Assembly (NCBI RefSeq): GCF_004010195.1
Contig: NC_057719.1
Coordinates: forward strand, 31,228,957 to 31,276,472
Length of the DNA stretch: 47,516 nt
Direction of reading: 5' to 3'
Source: Chiloscyllium plagiosum
Taxonomy: Eukaryota
Shown: one piece after another, positions 38,790-47,516 of the stretch
Layout: each line of letters opens with the position of its first letter
How positions within the stretch are numbered: the first letter of the stretch is position 1
Notes under the pieces: model-generated
Seen by the model: only the letters and a program-made list of their open reading frames with translations
The model's database searches: none
Told to the model about the DNA's origin: nothing
Translations under genes and position numbers: made by a program

Positions 38790-39417
38790 AGCTTTGTCAA
38801 TGACCTTCCCTCCTTCCCTCAGTCAATGACCATCTCTCAAACAAAATAGAATGTAACCATCTCCCTGTAACATTTAATTATCATAATTTCAACTGAATTA
38901 CCTCACTATTAACATCCTGGATATTACCATTGGCCAGAAATTGAGCTGGACTGGAAATATAAATGCAATGCCAGAAAAGAAGGGCAGAAGCTAAGAATTT
39001 TGAAGCAATTAACTCTGTTTTCTTTGTGGCCATCCATGTGCAAAGCACAAGTCTCGAAGGTGTTGGAAGCTCTGTACTTGTTTGGATGGATACATTTCCA
39101 AAACACACTGTCTTGACACCATCAGGTCATGGTAATCAACTTGATGAACACCATATCCACAACCTTCATCATTCACTTCGTTTACCACACCCAATGACAG
39201 CAGTGCTTGCCATTTACACGATCCACTACAGCAACATGCCAAAGCTCCTTTGACATGTTCCATGAATTTTACACCAGAACAGACACATGGGATCACAATA
39301 GCACGTAGGTTCTATTCCAAACCCCAAATTATTTTTATTTGGAACAAGATTTAAATTGATTTATGTCACTGGATCAAAGTCCTGGAACACCTGTCCTTAA
39401 TTGAACTGTGGATATAC

Positions 39418-39546
39418 CTGATGAAGGGCTTTTGCCTGAAACGTCGATTTTCCTGCTCCTTGGATGCTGCCTGACCTGCTGTGCTTTTCCAGCACTATTC
39501 TAATCTAGACTCTAGTTTACAGCATCTGCAGTCCTTGTTTTTACCT
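39418..39546 (+). mobile_element. Family A monomer starting at the hammerhead core
   Basis: CTGATGAAGGGCTTTTGCCTGAAACGTC at 39418-39445. TSD tgtggatatacct at 39407-39419 and 39547-39559. Confidence 0.88.
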
Positions 39547-40644
39547 TGTGGATATACCTATCCTAAGAACTGTTGCAGTTCAAGAAAGCGGCTCACCACC
39601 AACTTCCCAGTATGTTTGGGGACTGTAGATGGTGGCCTAGCTAGCAATGCTTATATGAATAAATGAAAAGGGTACATGGCCTCTTGATCCTCCCATATAT
39701 GACTTTATCCTTCCCTTCATTAAAGTACATCTATTTATTTTATTGTCCTGTTATGTGCTATCCTAGTCATGTACTGTATTTTGCAAATTTTGATGTTCTT
39801 CTCCTGCTGGGCTATTTGTCCAGATGAGAATTGATTTTTGTCCTTGACCAAGATTGTTATCTTTCACGCCATTGATCTGTAGTTACAAAATTTAATCTTT
39901 GCCCCATTCAATAATAGGGAAGTTTTTCAGAACCTCAAGACAGGAAAAATGGTCAAACTTAGCAATAATTTCTGAAAAGCAGTTTACAGTAAATCCAAGT
40001 TCTGTCATTGTGTTTTAAGCGAGAAAGGTCAGGTAATGCAGATCGTATCTGATTCTCTTGTCCCATTACTTTTAACATATTTTAATTGCTCATATAATTA
40101 TACTCTGTGCATTGCTGTATTTCATAAACTTCATTATTAATGGAATTGACAGTTTACTTAAGGCTGCAATTTTAAGTGGGGTGGGGAGGAGCAAAACAAT
40201 TCAATAACAGTGCCGTGTTTGAACGTTACTCTGACAAAGCACTGGTTATACAATAATTCATGTGGGTTTTGTATTTGAAGGAATTGCAAAGACTCTTGAG
40301 AATTTCTTTGAAGAAAAATAACACAAGTCATGAGGTCACATATGACTTTTTAGCAGACAAAAAGATGAGATCAAGAATGGAAATTATAGGTCATTAGTTT
40401 GCTGCAGTTTGTCAGGATCAATCTGCACACAATTTTAATCGTACATATTTGAAATCCTTTAAATAGTTTTCATAAAATAAGAAATAATTAGTGGTCTAAG
40501 TAGATTATGGGTTTTTATTCAAATGCTAATAAAATTCGCATCAACTTGCAGTAAAGACAAACACACTCAGAATTAAGGGGGAATGAATCTGGGCACAGAG
40601 GTGATGGAAGTTAGATGAAAATCTTTGATACAATGCACTAGCAT

Positions 40645-40738
40645 GAACTACCTGATGAAGGAGCAGTGCTCCAAAAGCTTGAACTTCCAAATAAATCTTT
40701 TGGACTATAACCTGGTGTTGTAATTTTTAGCTTTAGTC
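40645..40738 (+). mobile_element. Family B monomer with a mutated hammerhead core
   Basis: CTGATGAAGGAGCAGTGCTCCAAAAGCTT (GAAA changed to AAAA), followed by the family B tail. Confidence 0.8.
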
Positions 40739-41280
40739 TGATATCCCCATCTTTTGATTTGGAAGGCTGTACCTCGAACAATGCAACACTAGCACTACGG
40801 CCTAATTTCAAACATGCCATGAATCCACAGTTTCCTGATACTTGGGCAAGTGATGCCATTAAGCCATGGCTGATGCACTAAATTGTAAAATTCTGAAATA
40901 TTCCTGATGCAAGCAAAGTCAGATCGAATAACAAATTTAAGACTATACGCACCATTTTGCGTAACAAATTTGAAAATGGTGGAAAAGGTGTGGTTAAAGG
41001 ATTGCCAGGGATTGCTGGTGAGTTATACTGGTGGAAAAAGACTAGATTTTTTTTTAAGAATGTTAACTTTGAATACATCCACATATCATCTATGATAGAA
41101 TAAATAAGTTGCCTTCCAGTTTCTGGTTTCAAATTGTGCTAATGAGAAATTTTAATGGCTATTGAAGAATACTTATACAAAATTTAGAATTTGAGCATTT
41201 GAATTTTAGCATTTTGAGGTTTTCTGTGGAAGAAATGTCTGATAGAGCACTTATTTTAATTTATTTACCTTCTATGATAG

Positions 41281-41445
41281 ATTAAACGGCCTTACTTTCA
41301 TGTAAAACCATTGGAGAAAATACAGCTAAAAAACTGGAAAGATTATCTTGACTTTGAGATAGAAAATGGAACTCTTGAACGTGTGGTGGTTTTGTTTGAG
41401 AGGTGTCTTGTTGCTTGTGCCCTTTATGAAGACTTCTGGATAAAG
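41281..41445 (+). CDS. PRPF39: PRPF39 coding exon (exon 8 equivalent), 165 nt, GC donor
   Basis: gatag| acceptor. Encodes [55 protein letters not shown] and ends AAG|gcaagt. Confidence 0.95.
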
Positions 41446-41627
41446 GCAAGTAGTATTGGCACCTTAAATGGTATGCTTTTAAACTTGGTATGTAAAGGCC
41501 TGAGTCTGTACATTATATTTTATAATACATTGTATTGGACTATAACATAACATGACATGAAACAATCTTCATGATGGCCCAAACGTTGTGATGCCAGTTA
41601 GTGTTGGACCCTGAATGCCTATTTTTA

Positions 41628-41900
41628 CTAGAATCAGACCGCACGGAAACAGACACTTCGGTCCAACCCGTTCATGCCGAGTGTAATCCCAAACCAACTA
41701 GTCCCTGCTCCTGACCTGTATCCCTTAAGCTTTCCTATTCTTGAACTTGTCCAAATGTCTTAAATGTAATTGTACCCACATCACCACTTAGGAAGTTCAT
41801 TCCACGTGCAAGCCTCCCTGTCTGTATTTTTTTTAAATTACTGCTAATTTCTTAATTAGATAATTACTGAAGAAATTCTCGTCTCACCTTTAAAAATGTG
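41628..41900 (-). mobile_element. CR1 3' tail fragment
   Basis: Reverse CR1 3' UTR (ggaaacagacacttcggtccaac). Confidence 0.72.
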
Positions 41901-42299
41901 CTTCTATTGCAAGAAGCATTTTCTCCTTTAAACAACTGAAGCAGTCAATCATTTGAGGTCATTCAAGTTATGTGTAACATGTTTACAAAAGTATGAAGAG
42001 TCATTTATTTCAAGCTTGGGTGTCCAAGAAATCCAGTTTTCCATTCCGGAAAGCCAGTTAAATAGCATTGGAGCCAATTTTTGGTCTGTTTTATTTACAG
42101 AGCAAAATGTTACAAAAGACCACCTAGTTCAATCACTGTCCTGTTGCATATCTTTATACCTAAGTGAATCCCAATTAATTTTATTAAACTCAATTAATTT
42201 GTAATTGGCATCTAAATCTGAGTTAAAATGATTTAGCAATCTATAATCAGGTCAGTAAGAACTTGAGTTAGAATGAATGTCTGTGTTTTTAAATTTCAG

Positions 42300-42426
42300 T
42301 ATGCTAAATACATGGAAAACCACAGTAGTGAAGCTGTGAGACATGTCTACAGCAGAGCATGTACAGTGCATCTATCAAAGAAACCCATGGTACATTTACT
42401 TTGGGCAGCTTTTGAGGAGCAGCAAG
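42300..42426 (+). CDS. PRPF39: PRPF39 coding exon (exon 9 equivalent), 127 nt
   Basis: tttcag| acceptor and AAG|gtaatt donor. Encodes YAKYMENHSSEAVRHVYSRACTVHLSKKPMVHLLWAAFEEQQ. Confidence 0.96.
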
Positions 42427-42637
42427 GTAATTGCAGATATAAATCAAAATCTGGTGCTTAATTCCATTTGATATAAATCCTTGATGAATTTAACTGAAAT
42501 AGATGTAGATTTATGTCTTAATGGGGAAAAATGACTTGCACTTTGGAACTGAATTTCCATCAGTATGATTTCAATGGTCATTGTTTGTGAAGTATTGAAT
42601 TCATTTAATCTGCATTTTTTTGTTATTTCTGTTCCAG

Positions 42638-42906
42638 GAAACATTAATGAAGCTAGAAGAATCTTGAAAATGCTAGAAGAATCTGTACCAGGGTTAGCTA
42701 TGGTCCGCTTGAGACGAGTAAGCTTAGAACGTCGCCATGGGAATATGGATGAAGCAGAATTTCTGCTACAGGATGCAATTAAAAACAGCAAAACACCCAA
42801 CGAAGCATCTTTCTATGCTGTGAAGTTGGCTCGTCTTTTATTCAAAGTAGAGAAAAGTCTTCCTAAGGCCAGAAAGGTCCTATTGGAAGCAATAGACTTT
42901 GATAAG
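42638..42906 (+). CDS. PRPF39: PRPF39 coding exon (exon 10 equivalent), 269 nt
   Basis: gttccag| acceptor and AAG|gtatga donor. Encodes GNINEARRILKMLEESVPGLAMVRLRRVSLERRHGN...VLLEAIDFDK. Confidence 0.96.
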
Positions 42907-43919
42907 GTATGATGGAAATTATTACATAAATGTCAGCATTAAAACAACTTGTGTAAATTTAGCTTCTAAAGCAGCGAAGCATGTCTGCATTCTGTTGTGG
43001 TTAAAGAGCAGCTTGTTATTTCTCTTAACATTGTTACATGTTTTAACTATTCTATATTAAAGTTGTAATGTGTTTTTTGTTTTCAATTAGAGTTTTAATT
43101 GTGAGTTTATGTTTCATTGGATCAAAGTGGCTGCTGAGATTTTTTTTTAACCAGCTCCAGATAAAAATTGCTGGTGAATCATCTATAGTACAGAATCACT
43201 TCCAAAAGTAGCTGTGTGCATTCTTGCTTGTTTGCACTATCTCCTAAATATATTGTAAGACTGTTCCACGAATAGAGCATGGCAGGAAACCAAGATGAAA
43301 CAACTGCATGCAATTTTTCCCTCAAACTTGAAATGGTTAATTCTCTACTGTTATATAATAGATCCATAATAAATGAATTACAGAAATGTTACTCAGCTTG
43401 ATTTATATTGGCGATCAGTTGTTTTGCTTTCATCTGTTTATGTGGTGAGATAACAGCTTCATTTTTGAATTACTTCTCTGACAGGGTGGATAAATTTTGT
43501 TATTTATATTCTGTTTTATTTGTTACCCTTGGCCTCCCCATCCCATCTGCCATCCCCTCATCTCTGGTTCAGTGAGGTGAATGATATATTTCAAACCCAG
43601 CAAGGTGGGTCTTGGCCCTTTTACAATGTTGAATACAATACTGTAACAAAAGGAGAATGCAGTACAATTCAAACATTGTGAATATAATAGTTTTAAAGTC
43701 TAATATGTCAGCACTATTCAAATCCCTATGAGCCTTTCTCATCTCCCCCTGAGATTGCATGCCTGAAATCATGGGAATTGCTGATCCTTAATTAGTTCAG
43801 TGAGAAATATTGTTGACCAATTCCTAATGTACTTTCAAAAGTCTGCCTATTTATAGTCTTGCTGGGTACATTGTTCACTACAGTTCCAATTTCCATATCA
43901 GCAAGTCACAAGCTTGCAA

Positions 43920-45148
43920 GTCATAGGGTCATAGAGATGTGTAGCACTGGAACAGACCCTTCAGTCCAACTTGTCCATGCCCACCAGATATCCTAAACTA
44001 ACCTATTCCCATTTGCCAGCACTTGGCCCATATCCCTCTAAACCCTTCCAATTCATATACCCATCCAAATACCATTTAAATGCTGTAATTGTACCAGCCT
44101 CTGCACTTCCTCTGGCAGCTCATTGCATACACGCACCACACTGTGTGAAAATGTTGCCCTTGAGGTTTCTTTCTTAAATCTTCCCCTCTCACCTTACACC
44201 TATGCCCTCTAGTTATGGATTCCCCCACCCTGGGAGAAGGCCTTGCCTGTTACCCTATCATGCCCCTCGTGATTCTATAAACCTCTATAAGGTCACCCCT
44301 CAGCCTCCAGCATTCCAGGGAAAACAGCCTCCACCTATACAGCCTCTCCCCATAGCTCAAACCCTCCAACCCTGGCAACATCCTTGCAAATCTTTTCTGA
44401 ACCCTTTCAAGTTTCACAACATCTTTCCTGCAGTAGGGAGACCAGAATTGTAGGCAATGTTCCAAAAATGGCCTAACCAATGTCCTGTACAGCCACAACA
44501 TGACCTCCCAATTTCTATACTCTGTGCTCTAACCATTAAAGGCAAATATACCAAACTCTCTCCTCTTCATTTTATCTACCTGAGACTCTACTTTTAAAGA
44601 GCTATGAACCTGCACTCCAAGGTCTCTTTGTTCAGCAACACTCCCAGAGCCTTACCATTAAGTGTACATGTCCTATCCTGATTTGCCTTTCCAAAATGCA
44701 GCACCTCACTTTTATCTATATTAAAGTCCATCTACCATTCTTCATCCCGTGTGATCAAGATTCTGTTGTACTCTGAGGTAATCTACTTCACTGACCACTA
44801 CAGCTCCAATTTTGATGTAATCTGCAAATGTACAAACCATACCTCCTATGTTCATTCCAAATCATTTATATAAGTGACGAAAAGTAGTGGACCTAGCACC
44901 GATCCTTGTGGCACACCACTGGTCACAGGCCTCCAGTCTGAATATCAACCCTCCACTACCACCCTCTGTCTTCTCCCTTCAAGCAAGTTCTGTATCCAGA
45001 TGGCTAGTGTTCCACGTGATCTAACCTTGCTAACCAGTCTATAACGAGGAACATTGTCAAATGTCTTACTGAAGTCCATATAGATAACTTCCGCCATTCT
45101 GTTGTCATCAATCCTCTTTGTTACTTCAAAAAATTCAATCAAGTTAGT
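43920..45148 (-). mobile_element. CR1 LINE 3' 1.2 kb
   Basis: IYMDFSKTFD..P, LEHCLQFWSP, RLRGDLIEVY and a (tcatag)n tail. Confidence 0.92.
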
Positions 45149-45855
45149 GGCAGCATTTAAATTTTAAAAACTGTGTGCAACTTTTTAAGTTTCTGAAAAT
45201 TGGGTGTTTCATTTTCTTTAATTTAGTTAGGAATCTATTTTTAAAATTATTGAGAAAAGACTCTACCCTGTGCAAAACTTATTATCTATTGGTGGCTATA
45301 TGAGACAAGTGATGGATATAAATGTTGTTTTGCATTAGTAAAGTGCTTCAGTGTGTAACTGAGTTATTCTTATGACTATTACACAAACTCTCCACAAGCA
45401 GCTTTGTGGGCAATTCAAACCAAACTATTTTTCACTCTCGTCATTGCTGTGTATTTTCAGATTATCTTCTTCAGTAATTTGACCCACTGGGACAGCTCTA
45501 ATGGCTTTATTCTACTACCATATACCATGCTGTATTCAGCTGGGTATGTTCTCTTACTCCCATCCTGTGACAAAAAATTTGTCACCAATTCAGGATATGT
45601 GGTTTTCAAAAAAATGCTGATTTTTATTTTCCCTCCCATTCTCCAGGCTGTCTAAGACGAGTGCAACTCCTCCAAGGAAGCCCAAGTGCAAATTGTTGTC
45701 AAGACTGGGAATCTGACTTGGGAGCTCACCAATTAAATGTAGTCAGTTAGTTTCTATGAAATGAGTAAAATATTGCCAACTTTTTACTAGGTAGTATTAT
45801 TTGGTTTGTAAACATTTGGATGATGGTTGTGTCTTATCTGTTTGTGATTTTTTAG

Positions 45856-46040
45856 GAAAGTACCAAACTGTATCTAAATCTTTTGGAACTTGAATACAAT
45901 TCAGATCTCAAACTGAATGAGGAAAACATTCTGAATGCTTTTGATAAAGCAATAAGTAGCTCAATGGCTATAGAAACGAGAATAGCCTTCTCTCAGCGAA
46001 AAGTTGAGTTTTTGGAAGACTTTGGCTCTGATGTAAAAAG
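45856..46040 (+). CDS. PRPF39: PRPF39 coding exon (exon 11 equivalent), 185 nt
   Basis: tttttag| acceptor and AAG|gtaact donor. Encodes ESTKLYLNLLELEYNSDLKLNEENILNAFDKAISSSMAIETRIAFSQRKVEFLEDFGSDVK. Confidence 0.95.
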
Positions 46041-46257
46041 GTAACTTTTTGCATTCTCAGTATTTGTTTATTTCATGAAATAAGGGCACTACAAGCGAGG
46101 GCAATATTGCTTGCATGTCCCCATGTGGCCTTCAAAGGATGGCAGTGGGATGCAGTCTTTGAGCTGTGGGTCCACCCACAGTGAAATTAGAGCAGGTGTT
46201 CAAATATTTTGACCTCGCAACCAGTGTTGGTTGATATGTGCAACATAGTTGAGGCAT

Positions 46258-46700
46258 GTCAGGCCAGAACCAACAACATTGCTGGAGAAACTGGGTGACT
46301 GACTCTGCTTCCTCTCCACAGATGCTATGTTTAGAGTCCAGTGACTCCAATAACCCATTTTTCAGCCCATTTCACCCCGTAATGGCCCCCAATAGCAGCT
46401 TTTCTTCCTCCCTGGCTCAGTTATTCATTCCTTTGTCTGATCAACTGCTGTTCTGTGGCTGGATACCATCTCTACCTATTGTTTACTCCTTCCCCATCCC
46501 CTCTTGTGTCCCATTTCTCGCACCCACTGTCTTCAGCATATGTATAACCTTTTCCTAGCGACCATCGGTTGTGAAGGGTCATTGCACTCTAAACATTAAC
46601 TCTTCTTCCATTCCACAGATGCTGCCAGATATTATTTTTTTTCTCTCCAGCAATTTGTTTTTGTTTCAGATTTCCAGGATCTGTAGTTCTGTTCTTGTTT
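46258..46700 (+). mobile_element. Old Penelope-like 3' region
   Basis: Repeated tccacagatgct, a pyrimidine-rich UTR, a degenerate hammerhead-like gtgaagggtca...aaacatt and a cagatttccag.atctg tail. Confidence 0.55.
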
Positions 46701-47036
46701 GCATGTTAGTCCACTTTAGATTAAATGAAGTTGGATTGTTGCTTTATCAGATGATATGAAATGTCTACATGTTAGTAATTTGAGGACAAAATAATCAAAT
46801 TATTGAATGTGATTGATACTAGATACAGAATTGTGGAAGTCAGCATCGCTTTCAAACAACAAATTTAACAATTTTTTTTATCTTAAACATCATGAATTCT
46901 GGTTTTAAATGAAACTGTACTGATAGAACAAATGTTATTTCAGATGATCCTCCGTGATATCATAATTTACTAAAACATGCACAGAAATATTTTGAAAATC
47001 CTTGGAAACTGCCATTAATTGTTTTCTGTCTCCTAG

Positions 47037-47111
47037 ACTCATGGTGGCTTATGATCATCATCAACAGCTTTTAAAAGAGCAAGAGTCATCTAAAAGAAAG
47101 GCAGAAAATGG
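47037..47111 (+). CDS. PRPF39: PRPF39 coding exon (exon 12 equivalent), 75 nt, GC donor
   Basis: tctcctag| acceptor. Encodes LMVAYDHHQQLLKEQESSKRKAENG and ends TGG|gcaagt. The gene continues beyond the window. Confidence 0.92.
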
Positions 47112-47138
47112 GCAAGTTTTGTTTTTTTTTATTCTAGT

Positions 47139-47516
47139 TGTCACAAAGCTTGTTCCCTTATTTTTCTAAAAGCTGTTCCTTGGCTCAAGGATACTCTGTT
47201 CTTGACTTTTTTTTCAGAGGGGCAGTAAACCGTGCTGAGCTCTGATCTGCCTGGTTTGGTACAGAGATGAAAAGGATTTTGAGGCTTTTTGTTCATATGT
47301 AAACAGATGAGGTTTCAGGCCAAAGTGGTCATGTTTTAGAAGTGACGTATAAAGAAAGGGAAGTAGTCAGCTCTCGAGCTGAGCAGTTTTAGTTCAGTCT
47401 TGAACTGGTGAGGGATTCAACAGGGAGTTGTGTGAAATCTCGCTCGCACTCTCTCGCCCTCTCTCTCGCCTTCTCGCCCTCTCGCCCGCCCCCCCCTCTC
47501 TCTCGCCCCCCCTCTC
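47139..47516 (+). mobile_element. Probable LTR start running off the window
   Basis: Begins TGTCACAA just after the exon 12 donor and leads into a CT-rich tract. The other end is not visible. Confidence 0.35.
47439..47516. repeat. (CT)n/ctcgcc low-complexity microsatellite
   Basis: ctctctcgccctctctctcgcc... seen directly. Confidence 0.85.

Larger units (their letters stand above)
36400..39665 (+). mobile_element. Old L2/CR1-group LINE with several insertions
   Basis: ILL.ECCFEEAL.EAR...GDFNV endonuclease and ALDIK..F RT remnants. Same family as 5290-6300. Confidence 0.6.

Noticed and set aside
42248..42256. Strong donor CAG|gtcagt closing a 150-nt exon at 42101-42250
   Set aside because: It would leave a 49-nt intron before exon 9, below the usual vertebrate minimum.
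45308..45365. Possible C/D snoRNA (gtgatgga...ctga) in intron 10
   Set aside because: Imperfect box C, short span, no convincing terminal stem or recognisable guide.
132..46759. Most short ORFs in the six-frame track
   Set aside because: They are antisense or frameshifted shadows of LINEs/SINEs or chance ORFs. Only the PRPF39 exons have splice signals and coherent homology.

Overview
Eukaryotic genomic DNA, almost certainly from a cartilaginous fish (inferred from HE1/V-SINEs, CR1 LINEs and Penelope-derived repeats). The only host gene is PRPF39 (U1 snRNP HAT-repeat splicing factor) on the + strand. Eight internal coding exons (equivalent to human exons 5-12, 20117-47111) splice into one open frame, and two of their donors are non-canonical GC. 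The rest is intron filled with transposons: CR1 and L2-like LINEs, tRNA-derived SINEs, Tigger-like MITEs, probable LTRs and several Penelope-like families. The most interesting signals are: (1) colinear long-range complementarity between the short TE-free intron 9 and a candidate poison-exon region upstream of exon 7, with the best helix next to a C/D-box-like motif; (2) short TSD-flanked, often fold-back Penelope-derived elements carrying minimal hammerhead ribozyme cores; (3) a four-level nested insertion that includes a long-TIR MITE; and (4) micro-rearrangements inside CR1 copies. Everything was read by eye, and repeat boundaries are approximate unless a TSD is given.
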